Shown piece after piece: positions 1-13,767 of a stretch of 64,000 bases of DNA (positions within the stretch are counted from its first letter, which is position 1; each line of letters starts with the position of its first letter). The stretch lies in assembly GCF_009914755.1 (NCBI RefSeq), contig NC_060930.1. One strand, written 5' to 3'. The notes under the pieces are model-generated. The model was given only the letters and a program-made list of their open reading frames with translations. It did not search any database and had not been told where the DNA came from. Made by a program: the position numbers and the translations under genes. The DNA is from the human T2T-CHM13v2.0 reference genome, Homo sapiens.

Positions 1-632
1 TTAAACCCATCATACAGCTGTACAAAAGTATGTTCTTTGTTTATATCCTTATTCTATAAATTATTTCTATTTTTTTAAGTTTTTTAACTTTTTTGTTAAA
101 AATGAAGACACAAACACACACATTAGCCCAGGCCTACACAGGGTCAGGATCATCAATATCATTGTCTTCCAGCTCCTTGTCCCACTGGAAGGTTTTCAGG
201 GGCAATAACATGCATGGAGCTGTCATCTCCTATGATTATAATAACAATATCTTCTTCTGGTATACTTGCTGAAAGACTTGTGTGAGGCTGTTTTACAGTT
301 AACTTTTTAAAAATAAGTAGGAGTATAAAAAATCATAAAAAGTATAGTATAGCAAAAATATAAACCAGTAACATATTTATTTATCATCATCAAGTATTAT
401 GTACTGCACACAATTTTATGTGTTATTCTTTTATATGACTGGCAGTGCAGGTTTGATTATACCGTCATCACTGCAAACACTTGAGTAATGTGTTACATTA
501 TAACATTATCATGGATACAGTGTCACTAGGCAACAGGAATTTTTTAGCTCCATTGTAATCTTATGGGACCACTGTTGAACACATGCATGGTCAGTCATTG
601 ATGAAAATGTCATTATGTGGTGCATGCCTGTA
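1..632. mobile_element. Tigger3/Golem-type TcMar DNA transposon remnant (runs off window start)
   Basis: Recalled Tigger3b-like blocks (cattagcccaggcctacacagggtcaggatcatcaatatc; gtaatcttatgggaccac) and a TIR-like end cattatgtggtgcatgcctg followed by TA at 631-632. Confidence 0.7.
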
Positions 633-1194
633 TTCTGAGAATTGCAAATTACATTATTAAATAATTTCACTATTAGATACCTGCTATCTTTATTTAACAT
701 TGTTATGTTCACCTTTTATATTTTTTCTACCAGGGACCATCCTTGAATTTTTTAAAAAGCAATTTTAGATTTGATCCTCCATGAATTCTTCCATAATTAT
801 AACTAATTATAACTACCTTTAATGACAATATTCACTCCAGTATGTCTTCCGCAATTTTATTAAATTTATATTATTTGGGATTTTGTTATTAACTTTATTA
901 AGTATATTTTGTCTGTGAGTGGTGGTCACCCAGAGCTCCTCCATTTCTCTGGACATTTCCCTGAAGACATCAGACTAGGAATGACTAATCAATGTGATTT
1001 AATTTTGAAGTATATTTAAGCTCTGTAATTCTATTCTTAGATCTCATATTTTTTTCTCATGTCATTCTTGTATTTTATTTCTTTTAGCTTTGGGATTTTA
1101 TCTGTCTTTTGGATCTTATACTTCAAGAAATGTTTCATCACTATTTTACTACATGGGGATTTACTTAATCACAAATGTTTAAAGCCACTTTATT

Positions 1195-2726
1195 AAAGTG
1201 CCAGACCCATGAGTTGAGTAAATTCCTCTCCTCATGGGGTCCCAAGATAAAGCAGGAATCCTTGGAATGTTAGAAAATGACATTCTTTACTTACCACAGG
1301 CCAGAAACCCTGTATAGGGACTGTGTAGGCAAGGTAGAAGGTCAGTTCCCCAAGGGGTTTTTATTGGCTCTATAAGTCAAGTTTCATTCCTTAAAGGAAA
1401 ACACACCATTCCAGTCAAAGCCTTGGTAAAATAACCAATTTCTCCAACTGTGTCCTGCTACAAAAAAAAAAAAAACAGATTCTTATTGCACTTATGCAAA
1501 TAAATATATTGCCATCAGTTAAGAATACTCACAAATAGTCTCCAAATTCTGGAGAAATCAGGTAGAGAGAAACAAATATGGTCCATTTTTTTTTTCCACA
1601 GAAGTATACTTTACTCAATTGCTAAAGGCTGTAAATAGCTCAAAGTAAAAGTTTTCTTAACTCTGGAAAACAAAACAAAGGGTTAGCAACGTTTTAAGCA
1701 AAGTCAAAAAGATTAGTTTATTCTTTTAGTTTAGTTTATGCAGTTAACTCCTGTTCTGTTTGATATTCATGAACATTCCTGTTCTTCACGAGAGTTGCAA
1801 AAGTTGTTTCCTCTATTCTAATGTCACAATTTCCAAAGTTATCAGAAACCTGCATTTAAGAACATCCGTTAGAGTTGTATAGCTGACTATAAACCACCTT
1901 TTGAAGAGGATTAAAACAAGACAATTGTCTGTGTATGACAAAACTCGTTACCACAGCCACTGGCAAAAACGTGATTGACAAAGAAATTTTGGTAATGTAT
2001 AAAATAATTATTCTTGTTCCACTTTATACAAATAATCAGGCCAAGTGCAATAAAGTAAATCAGTCTTATCATAATTTGTCTTCAGTAAAAATGAGAAACT
2101 GAAGTGAGAAAAATTATGTTTCAAGAAGTATGGTACACTTGTTATTAAATTCTAGTCTCATGAGTTGTTTTTAAGTTTGTTTCTACAATTTAGGCTAAAC
2201 CTGCTTATTCCTGTGAACCAACCAGTGATCTTAGACTGTTACTCAGAAGATACAAGAGGTTTGGGTAATGTAAAAATCTGGACCAATATTCTAATCATGG
2301 GCACATATTGGAATCATCTGGCAACCCTGTATCAGCTTGGTTTTAACAGTTGCTCAGTTCATGGGAAGCCTTTAAATTTAGTTTACCTGGAATAATTTTA
2401 CTTATTTTGCTTTGCTGCTGTGGAATACATTGCATTTGTACTCTTTGCATACGGATGCAGAATATGCTTAGTGAATGTTTTCTTAAATGGAACACTTATC
2501 AATCTTTCAGATAGCACCTCTTGTTGAAACTCAGAGTTATGAATGGCTCTCATCATACCAATGCTTTTTGACAAGCTCCTCTCTACCCCAAATACGAGAG
2601 ACTCTAATTGTTAGGCAGGAATATCATTGCTCCTCTTAAGCCTGAAGAAGCTACAGAAGGAGATGGATCTTTGTCCCTCTCCAACCCTTAGGACTAAGGG
2701 TTCTCTTGTAAAGGGGAGGGAGGAAA
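1195..2726. mobile_element. ERV1 (MER4/MER41-group) internal sequence ending in a polypurine tract
   Basis: ~1195-2510 resembles MER4-group internal sequence in minus orientation. ~2511-2726 is plus-oriented and ends in the PPT aaggggagggaggaaa directly before the LTR. Confidence 0.55.
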
Positions 2727-3232
2727 TGTCAGAGGCATGTGAGCCAGAGCAGCTCCATCTTGAATAGCAGCTGGGTAAAATGAGGTTGAAACCTACTGGG
2801 CTGCATTCCCAGATGGTTAAGGCATTCTAAGTCACAGGATGAGACAGAAAGTCAGTACAAGATACAGGTCATAAAGACCTTGCTGATAAAACAGATTACT
2901 CTAAAGAAGATGGCCAAAACCCACCAAAAACAAGATGGCGATGAGAGTAACCACTGGTCATCCTCGCTGCTACACTCCCATCAGTGCCATGACAACGTCA
3001 GGAAGTTGCCCTATATGGTAGAGTACATTTGTTTACAAATGCCATGGTAACATCAGGAAGCTACCCTGTATGTTCTAGAAAGGGGAGGCATGAATAATCC
3101 ACCCCTTGTTTAACATATCATCAAGAAATAACCATAAAAATGGGCAACCAGCAGCCCTTGGGGCTGCTCTGTCTATGGAGTAGCCAGCCATTCTTTTACT
3201 CCTTTACTTTCTGAATAAACTTGCTTTCACTT
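2727..3232 (+). mobile_element. MER41 LTR (MER41A-like), 3'-truncated
   Basis: Starts TGTCAGAGGC...ccagagcagctccatcttgaatag, contains ggtcataaagaccttgctgataaaacag and AATAAA near 3214. Reads aggggaggcatgaataatcc, i.e. lacks the MER41B GAS insert. Confidence 0.85.
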
Positions 3233-4711
3233 AAAAAAGATAAATAAAGTACCAGACCCTATTCCTGTTGATGTCTCCTGTTTTATCTCCACTTCCATCT
3301 TCATTCTAGTGTAGCTTATACTTCATTTTTACCATACACAATATTTTCTTTATATGTACTGCACTTGTAGACTTTCTATATAGTAAAAGATCATAAGAAG
3401 AAATAAAAGTTATTTTTATCTGACATTAGGAATCTGCATGAAACACACAGACAAATCAATCCATCCAATTTTGAACATATATTCTAAAAATCCACCTGAT
3501 TGAAAGAAGGCTTCATATTTGTTTTGGGCATTTAATATTTCTCAGATATAGTGTATAAATCTCCCTCTCAGTCTCTCACTGAAACCAAATTTAAAATCAT
3601 AATGATTTTAAATGGGTTTAATGTTTTTAAATTTGGTTTCAGTGAGAGATTGAGAGATAGATTAATTACAAAGAGAAATCTAGTTGCTTCTTAGAACCAC
3701 TGAGCAGCTGTTTCCAAAGGTTAGAAAAGGCTCCCTGAAATGAAATGCTCTCTGCCTTTCAGATGTATATTAGGCAGTGGCAGTATGATCTACACATATT
3801 TCAATTTCCCTAAGAATGCATGGACTTGAAAACGTGCCTTTTTACTCACCTTTTGATAAATATCTTTCAATAAAAAGGAATTATGAAGGAATACACTTGA
3901 ATTTTTCAAACGTTCAGAGGATGGATAAACTGTAGTATACATGAGTATTTAAGAATTAGCTTCACAACTTAGGTTTTCAATTGTTACAGGGTTCCAAAGA
4001 GAAGAAAACATGGGTTAGGAAGACAATAGTAGAAAATATCAGAATGCTTTGTGGATGTGTTATTTGTAAGCTCTTCCTGAGACCTCTTGGGCATTGTTTT
4101 CCAACAGGCCATTAATCCTTATCCCAGATGAGGAGTTAGCAGAGAAAATTCCTTGGGACAGAGATCTCTATGGAAATGCTACTTATGTACAATTAGTTTC
4201 CTACTGAACTGAGGTTGGTAGGAAGTCTCTTCTGTTGTCAGATGTGTTTTAAAATACATTTACTCAATTTCCCAAAACAGTAGACACTAATTTTAAATGA
4301 GATGCAATTAGAGATGAGCTAGTTTGAATAAATGATTCTGGGGAACTTAAATGAGAATTCCCTGAATACCTTACCTCATTAACTTCTAGACTACCTCACA
4401 TAAAATTTAATCATTTCTAGTTGTAAGAATAAAGGGGCACAAAAATGAGTTGAAAAGGAAGAAAGATAATAAAAAGATATTTCCAATGAGAAGGAATCAA
4501 GTGATAGTTTAAAACATTTCATAATATTTAATGCTTTCATATTAAAATGATGAAATGATAATTTCTTCACTCTCACCAAGCACATACCACATAACATTAG
4601 GCAGATACACAGATAACTTTGAGATTTTAAAAATTACATACAAAATGCATAAATACATTATGTTGAAAAACAAATTCAAGTGCATGGGATAGCAAATACA
4701 AATTTAAAGGG

Positions 4712-4849
4712 TTTTTTTTTTAAGATGGAGTCTTGCTGTGTTGCCCAGTCTGGAGTGCAGTGGTATGATCTCAGCTCACTGCAACCTCTGCTGTACAGTT
4801 CAAGCGATTCTCCTGCCGCAGCCTCCCAAGTGGCTGGGATTACAGGCAT
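4712..4849 (-). mobile_element. Alu fragment (right monomer)
   Basis: polyT followed by gatggagtcttgctgtgttgcccagtctggagtgcagtgg...gctgggattacaggc. Confidence 0.9.
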
Positions 4850-5899
4850 TCCCTTTGATGACCTACTGTCATGGTCTGTTGTCCCTCTCCTTTCTTTAAA
4901 GGTAACCGTTAGTGTCATAAGGGTGTGCATCTTTCCACATTACATATGTGCTGGATATTTTCCACTCCCCCTTCCTTCCCCTGCCCCAGATTCACTCTCT
5001 ATCCAACCATGTTTGTTTCTACCCTGTGTTGTGCCTCTAGAGGCGAAATCAAGAGAATTCCATGATATTTGACTTCTGGTTGTGTTCAGCCAATGAGTCA
5101 CCAGCTGAGGATTAGAGTGAGGCAGCAGCTAGTTTGAAGTATTTTCCCCTACCCTCTCCTTCAGATGGGACAAATGAGGCTACTTGTATTGCTCAACCAA
5201 AGATCACAGGTCATGGATGTAGCCACGTACAGGTTCTCTCTCTTTCTGCTTTGTAATAGTACTTTCTCCCTTTGCTACTTCAGGCCTTGTGTTGGTTGCT
5301 AAGCCTCCCAACTGTTGCTAGATTCAGAGTAGTCCATATATAATACATATACAGAAATCCCTTGTTGATGTTCCTAAATCCTTCTCACAACTTTGTATTT
5401 ACTTCTTTTGTTAAACCTCTTTCAGTTCCCATAGGAGCATGCCATCTATTTTCTGCTGGGACCATAGGTGACTGTAACTTTCCATTACAAACAAAGGTCA
5501 TTTCCTGCTTTAGGACTTTTGAATTAGATGTTTTTAGGTCTAAAATGCTCTTTCTTTGATTTTATCACGACTGGCTCCTTTCTGTGTTTCAGGTTGATCT
5601 CAAATGTCACCTAAGAAGGAATATCTAATATGAATATACTACACAGTATCTCTATATCATATTCTCTTTTAATTTTCTGCAAAAGAATGAAAGCTTTCTT
5701 AGTTATTTTGCTTTTGAAGTCTCCCCCTCTAGTATGCATAGTTTTTGACAATAGCAACTTAAATAATACAATTAAATCATCTTGAACATATTGTTACTTG
5801 ATTTTTACATACATATGTACACGCACACACACGCACACACACTTTTTGTCATTTCAGAGACAATGACTGATAAAGGAATTTTTTTCTTTTAAACACATC

Positions 5900-8800
5900 T
5901 CTAGCTTATCTACTTTTGCTGAATTCCATAAACTTTGGTATGTTGTGTTTCTATTTTCATTCTTTGCAAATTATTTGCTATTTTCCCTTGTGATTTCCTC
6001 TGAGCCATTCATTATTTAGGAATGTGTTGTTTCATCGCCACTTACTTGTGTATTTCACAATATTTTGCCTGATATTGATTTCTAATTTTATTCCATTGTG
6101 GTTAGAGGACATCCTTTACATTATTTTAATCTTTTAAATGTATTGTGATTTGCTTTATGACCTTATAGACTAATCTGTAGAATGTTTCATGTGCCCTGAG
6201 TAATATATGTATTCTACTACTATTGGGTGGAGTTTTCTGTAGAGGTCAATTAGCTGTAGTTAGTTTATAATGCTGTTCACATCTTCTATTTCCTTGTGGA
6301 CCTTTATCTAATTGTTCTATTGTTATTGAAAGTGGGATGCTGACATTGAACTATAATTATGGAATTATCTATTGCTCCAAACAGTTCTGTTAGTCTTTGT
6401 TTTATGTAGTTTGGAGATCTGCTGCAAGGTGCATATGTACTTATAATTGATGTATCTTCTTGATGGACCAGCGATTTTATCATCATAAATTGTCCTTCTT
6501 TGTTTCCAGTAATAATTCTTGTCTTTTTGTTGATATTGTGTAATATCAGTATAGCCATCCATTAGCACTCTATCTTGCTTACTCTTTGAATGGAATACTT
6601 TTTTCATCTTTTCAGTTTCAACCTATTTGCATTTTTGAATCTAAAGTGAATATATTGTTGACAGTATATCATTGGATTGTCTTTTTAAATAAACCTTGTG
6701 AATCTCTTCCATTTTTTAAATGAATAGACTATTTTTCAGAAGCTTTAGGTTTACAAAAAATTGAATGGAAGGTGTAGAGAACTCACATGTAACCCCTTTT
6801 ACTCCCTCCCCCAGAGTTTCTTTTATTATTAACAACTTGCATTCATGTGGTACATTTGTTATAATTGATAAGCCAATATTAATACGTTATTAGTAACCAA
6901 ATTCCATAGTTTACATTAGGGTTGATGGTGTGTGTTTTACATTCTATGGGTTTTGACAAATGTTTAATAACATGTATTCCCCCATTCAGTATCATAAAGA
7001 ATGGTTTCACTGCCTTAAAAATTCCCTGTTCTCCTTCCATTCATCATTTCCTCCCCTCCTCCCCGGGAGCCCCTGACAACCACTGATTTTTTATTGTTTC
7101 CATAACTGTGCTTTTTCCAGAATATCATACAATTGAAATCATATATAATATAGACTTTTCTGACTGGCTTCTTTGACTTAGTAATATGCATTTAAATTTC
7201 TTCCAGGTCTGGGCTTTACAACTCATTTTTTATAATTGAATAATATTCCATTCTATGAATGTACCACAGTCTGCTTATTCATTCATTTATTAAAGGACTT
7301 TTTTTTTTTTTTGCTTCCAAGCTTTGGAAATTAGGAATAAAGCTACTGCAAACATTTGTGTACAGGTTCTGTGTGGACATAACGTTTCAGATTATTTGGG
7401 TTAATACCAGGACACGTGAGTGCTGGATTCTATGGTTAAGATGTTTAGTGTTGTATGAAACTGTCCAGTTGTCCTCTAGAGTGGTTGTACACTTTTGGAT
7501 TTCTGTAATCAGTGAATGAGAGTTCCTGTTATTTATCTCTTTGTCAACATCTGATGTTTTCAGTGGTTTGCTATGGTTGATAATGTCTCAGATTTCTTTA
7601 GGCTGTTTTATTTTTCTTCATTCTTTTTTCTTTTTATTACTCTGACTAGATAATCTCAATTGACCTATCTTGTAGTTTGTTGATTCTTCCTTCTGCTTGT
7701 TAAAATCTGGTGTTCAGGTCTTCTGCTGCATTTTTTATTTCCATCACTGTACTTTTTCATCTCTAGAATTTGACTTGGTTCTTTAACAACAAATAATGTC
7801 TATCTCTTTAATAATTTTCTCTATTTAGTGAGAAATAGTTGTCATATCTTCCTTTAGTTCTTTAAACATGGTTTATTTCAGCTCTTTGACCCTATTTTTA
7901 AAGTAGCTGATGTAAGCCTTTGTCCAACAAGTTCAACACCTAGATTTGCTGCTATTGATTGCATTTCCCCCTCCTTTTATGACCCATACTTCCTGTGTCT
8001 TTCTTCACTTGTATTATAATTTTATGTTGAAAACTAGATACTTCATTTCATTTATTTTTATTTTTAAAACTTTTATCTTAAGTTCAAAGGTACATACGCA
8101 GGTCATGGGGGTTTGTTGTAGAGATTATTTCATCACCCAGGTATTAAGCATAGCATCCATTAGTTATTTTTCCTGATCCTCTCTGTCCTCCCATCCTCCA
8201 CCCTCCACCAGGCCACAGTATGTATTGTTTCCCTCTATGTGTCCATATGTTTTCATCATTTAGCTCCCAGTTACAAGTGAGAACATGTGGTATTCAATTT
8301 TCTGTTACTGTGTTAGTTTGCTAAGGATAATGGCCTCCAACTCCATCTATGTTCCTGAAAGGGACATGATCTCATTCTTTTTTATGGCTGCATAGTATTC
8401 CACGGTGTGTATGTACCACATTTTCTTTATCAAGTCTATCATTGATGGGCATTTAGGTTGATTCCATGTCTTTGCTATTGTGAGTAGTGCTCCAATAAAC
8501 ATATGTATGCATGTGTTTTCACAATTGAACAACTTATATTCCTTTGGGTGCTTACCCAGTAATGAGATTGGTGGGTCAAATGGTATTACTGTCTTTAGAA
8601 CTTTGAGGAATTGCCACAATGCCTTCCACAATGGTTGAACTAATTTACACTCCCACCAACAGTGTATACATGTTTGTTTTTCTCCATAACCTTCCCAGCA
8701 TCTGTTCTTCTCTGACTTTTTAATAATAGCCATTCTGACTGGTGTGATAAGGTATCTCCTTGTGGTTTTGATTTGCATTTCTCTAATGATCAGTGATGTT

Positions 8801-9660
8801 GAGCTTTTTTCATATGATTGTTGGCTGCATGTATGTCTTCTTTTGAAAACTGTCGGCTCATGTTCTTTGCTCACTTTTTAATGGGGTTGTTTTTCTTTCT
8901 TATAAATTTGGAAAACTAAATATTTTAAATACTAGAAATGGCAACTGTGGAAACCAGATTCTCCCTGTCTCACTAGAATTTGTTGTTGCTGCTTATTAAT
9001 GTAGTTGTTGCTGCTTATTAATGTAGTTGTTGCTTGCTTGTTTAGTGAATACTCCCAAATAATTCTCTAAAGTCTGCCTTCTTTGTGGTGTAGGGCCATT
9101 AAAATCTGTACTCAGGTAGTCTAGTGGCCAGCAAATAATTGGACAGAAATTTCTTTCAATGCCTGGGACTAATAAATCTTCCAGTTTCTGTCAAAGACCT
9201 CTATGTTCATATTGAGGCATGACTCTGACACCTAGTCAGGCAGTTCACATCTCTACCTTAGCCTCCACTTACTTCTTCCTGAAATACTGAAGGTCAGCCA
9301 GAGACAAGAGTTTAGAATCTTCTCAGTTCTTGCTTGAGCATTTATAGAGTCCTGAATCTGAACACAGCCATATGCATATACATGAAATTCCTGGCATATG
9401 GCAAAGATTTTCAAAATCCCTATAGACATCCCATTCCTTACATTTTTTAAGCTCTTTTATTGCTTTATGGTCTGCCCCAACTTTTATCAATTGCTTTAGT
9501 CAGAAGTGAAGTTAAAGCAGTCACTTGAAATTATTTTCAACAAATAGCTGCTGAGAAAATGCTTTTTGCATTGGTCGAGGTCTGAGTCATGGTCAAATAC
9601 AGACAGACTCATGAATGAAGTCTTCCAAAAAGCCCCAGCCAGGTAAATTAAAGACATATC
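5900..9660 (-). mobile_element. Nested old L1M fragments with a younger L1P 3' end at ~8050-8910
   Basis: ORF 6304-6558 resembles the L1 endonuclease (NKEGQFMMIK). ORF 8347-8874 is the ORF2 C-terminus ([16 protein letters not shown]). Confidence 0.8.
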
Positions 9661-9834
9661 TTTATAAGTTTATACATATATCTTTATAAAAGGTATATAA
9701 AATATTTCACTTTTCATTCTTTTTTGGTATTTTGGTATTTCAGGAGATTTGATTTTTTTTGTTTTGATGCTTATATTTACACATTAGTCCCTCTTTTAGG
9801 CATCATTGATTGGTTTTCTAAAATGAGCACTATA

Positions 9835-12600
9835 TTTATTTATTTATTTAATTTTTCAATATATTATAGTTGTACATATTTTGGGGTAGATGTGTTTTCT
9901 TACACATATACAATGTGTAATGATTAAATCAGAGTGATTATAATATCTATCACCACAAACACTTTGTGTTGTGAAAATTACAATTTTTTCTAGCTATTTT
10001 GAAATATACAATATATGTTATGCTAATATTAATAAATGTTAGTTGTATTTTCTCTACTGTATTATCAAATACTAAAAATTATTCCTTGTATCTAACTCTA
10101 TTTTTGTACCCACTAACAAACTCTTTTTCATCTGTTTTTCCTTGCATCCATTTGCAGACTCTGATAAGCACCATTCTACCCTTGACCTTCATAAGATCCA
10201 CTTTTTTTAGCTCCTGCATACCAGTGAGAACATGATATATTTGTATTTCTGTTCATGGTTTATTTCACTTAACATAATGACTTCCAATTTTATCCATGTT
10301 GCTACTAATGAAAGGATTTCATTATTTTTTATGGTTGAATGATATTCCATCATGTATATATATTACATTTTCTTTATCCATCCTTCTCTTGCTAGACACT
10401 GGTGTTGCATTCTTTGTGTGTTTCTATAGGTGAAGTGAGGTTCTTTTTTTTCTTTCCAATTTTTTTTTTTGCTTTTTTTTATTTTTAATTTTTTTTATTA
10501 TACTTTAAGTTTTAGGGTACATGTGCACAACGTATTTCAGGTTCAAGTGGTACATGTGCAGGTTTGTTACATCAGTAAATTTTTTGTTATGGGGGTTTGG
10601 TGTACAGATAATTTTGTCACCCAGGGAATTAGCATTATACCCATTAAGTAGCTTTTCTTTTTTTTTAAACTTTAATTTTAGGTTCAGGGTACCTGTGCAG
10701 GTTTGTTATATAGGTAAATTGTGTGTCACATGGGTTTGGTGTACAGATTATTTTGTCACCCATGTAATAAGTGTGGTAACCAATGGGTTGGTTTTGATCC
10801 TCACCTCCCCCATCATAGGCCCCAGTTTCTATTGTTCTTTTCTTTGTGTCCTTATGTACTCAATATTTAACTCCCAATTATAAGTGAGAACATGCCATAC
10901 TGGGGTTTCCATTCCTTCACCAATTTGCTTAGGATGATAGCTTCCAGCTCCATCCCTATTACTGCAAAGACCAAAGTCTCGTTTTTTATAGCTGCATAGT
11001 ATTCTGTGGTATATATGTTTTCTGTATCCAGTCCACCACTGATGGACAACTAGGTTGATTCTGTGACTTTGATATTGTAAATAGTGCTGCACTGAAAATC
11101 TGCATGCATATTGCTTTATGGCAGAATGATTTATATTACTTTGGTTATACACCTAGTAATGGGATTGCTGGATCAAGTGGTAGTTCTATTTTAAGTTATT
11201 TGAGAAATCTCCAGACTTCTTTCTACAGTGGCTGAACTAGTTTTCATTTCCACCAGTGGTATATAAATGTTCCCTTTTCTCCACCACCTCACCAGCAAAT
11301 GTTATTTCCTAACTTTTTAATAGTAGCCATTTTGACCGGTGTGGGACAATATCTCATTGTGGTTTTGATTTGCATTTCTCTGGTGATTAGTGATATTGAA
11401 CTTTTTAATATACTTGTTAGATGTGTATATCTTCTTTTGAGAAGTGTCTGTTCATGCCATTTGCTCGTTTTAAAAATAGAGTTGTTTGTTTTTCACTTTT
11501 TTATTTGTTTAAGTTCCTTATAGATTCTGGATATTAGACCTTTGCCAGATGCATAGTTTGCAAATATTTTCTCCCATTCTGTAAGTTGTGTGTGTATTCC
11601 GTTGATAGTTTCTTTTGCTATGCAGAAGCTCTTTAGTTTAATTATATTCTATTTGTCAATTTTTGGTTTTGTTGTGATTGCTTTTGGAGTCCTCGTCTTG
11701 AAGTCTTCATGAAAGTCGATGTCCAGAATGGTATTTCCTAGAATTTCTTCTATTGTTTTTATACATTTGGGTTGTACATTTAAGTCTTTAATCTATCTTG
11801 AGTTTATTTTTGTGTATGGTAAAAGGAACAGGTTCAATTCCAGTCTTCTACATATGGCTAGCCTGCTATGCCAGCACTATTTATTGAAGAGTTTCTGGCA
11901 GGCAGCAGGCAGCATATAATTTGGTCTTGTTTTTAATTCATTTAACCATTGTATGTCTTTTAAATAGAATGTAGTCTGTTTACATTCAATTTTATTTTTG
12001 ATAGTTCATGCCTTAGTACTGCCATTTTGTTACTTGTTTTCTAATTTCGTAATTCCTCTCTTCCTTCCTTCCTTCCTTTCCTTCCTTCCTTCCTGCCTTC
12101 CTCTCTTTCTCTCTTTCCCCCTCTCCCTCCCCTTCCCCTTCCCCTTCCTTCCTTCCTTCCTTCTTTCCTTTTTTCCTTGTTATTTTCCTCTGGTAGTATG
12201 TTTTAATTTGTTGCTTTTTATTGTTAGTGTATCCATTATAAGTTTTTGCACTGTGGTGTCCATGAGGCTTACAAAAAGTATCCTATAATATAACATGTAG
12301 TATAAAACTGATAGCAACTTAACTTTGCTCTCATAAATAAAAACAAACTTCCAACTAAAAACTTATACACATTAACTCCATTCTTCACCCATATTTTGAA
12401 TTTTGATGTTGCAATTTACATTTTTTATATTGCCTATCTCTTAAAAATTGTTGTAGTTATTATTTTAAATTGTTTTTAGTTTTCTTACTAAATAGGTAAG
12501 TGGTTTAAATATAATGACTTCATTTTTAGTATGACAATCACATTAACATTCTTTCAGTTTGGTGAACTTCCTTTAGCAGTTCTCGTAGGACAGGTTTGGT
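9835..12600 (-). mobile_element. L1MA 3' end, L1P 3' end (~10445-11887) and L1M fragments
   Basis: L1 3'UTR and ORF2 C-terminal motifs (YTTEYYAAIK in ORF 10867-11049). The host L1M is interrupted at gtgaagtgaggttctt (~10440) and resumes at gagtttct (~11889). Confidence 0.75.
12056..12178 (+). repeat. Pyrimidine-rich (TTCC)n/(CCCTT)n simple repeat
   Basis: Directly visible. Confidence 0.95.
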
Positions 12601-13767
12601 AGTGATAGAATGAGCATTATTGAAATAGTTAATAACCTCTTCTTTCCTCCATTTCTCCAGCATCTATTTCAAAATGACAATTGATACAATATGTACTTTT
12701 TATTTATACAATATATACATACATACTTTTTACACAATTTATTTATACAATATATACATATTTATACTCTATATATATACAATTTATACAATATATACTT
12801 TTTAAAAGTTTGGAATGTTGTTATCCTCCTCTAGATAGAATTTATTTTTGCTTTTGGGAAGTAATTAAAGTAGGAAAACATCCCTAATTTTGAATGGGGT
12901 GGATAGAATTGGGACATACATTGCTGGTAGGAGCGTAAAATGACACAGACACTTTGGAACACTGTTTTGTGGTTTCTTTAAAAGTTACACATACCTTATG
13001 GCCCATTCATTCAACTCTTAAATATCTGTTCAAGAGAAGTAAAAACATTTGCTCAAATGAAGACCTGTGCTGAATATTTATAGCCACTTTTTTCAAAATA
13101 CTGTGGCGAAAACCTAGAATTACTGTAAGTATCTGTCAACGGATGTAATGAATAAATTATACTATATCCTTATTATTGAACATTACTAGTAATGAAAACA
13201 AAACAATGTGCTGGCCTGCAACCATTTTAGATGAATTTCAAAATATTTTTGCTGAATGCAGAAAGCAAGACTCAAAATAATACACACTATGTAGATCTAT
13301 CACTAAGAATTCAAGAACATGCAAACTTATCTATGAGGGCATAAATTAGAGTAGTAGTTGACTAAGTCTGAAATCAAAAGACAAAATAGATTTTGGAGAG
13401 TGATGGAAATGTTCTCTACCTTGATTGAGGTATTGGTATCATGGGTATATACAACTATAAAAATACTGACTTGCATACTTTAAATTATGTAGTTTATTTT
13501 GCATATGCTATCATCAGCAAAGGTGATTATATACTCTAGATTGCAGTCATTTTTAGGGCTGGCCTATATTCAGTCTATGGTTATTCATAGGTTGCAGCCA
13601 TTCACCCATTCTAGCTGAAAGTCTTGGGTATTTATATGGGCCAAAATTTCCATTATTTGTCTCCCCAGAAATGTAAAATCATATAAGCCCTGTTTCTTAG
13701 CCTCTTAGTCACCAGATTCTGTTCTGATGTATAGCTGGTGCAAAAAACAAATATCTTTTTAAAAATA

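Noticed and set aside
2727-3232. MER41 as an interferon-gamma/STAT1 enhancer
   Set aside because: This copy has the MER41A-type junction (aggggaggcatgaataatcc) without the tandem TTCNNNGAA sites. ttctagaa near 3073 has the wrong spacing.
8982-9035. 22-nt tandem duplication (gttgttgctgcttattaatgta) and the TA-rich tract at 12680-12800
   Set aside because: Ordinary slippage products within or near old L1 sequence.
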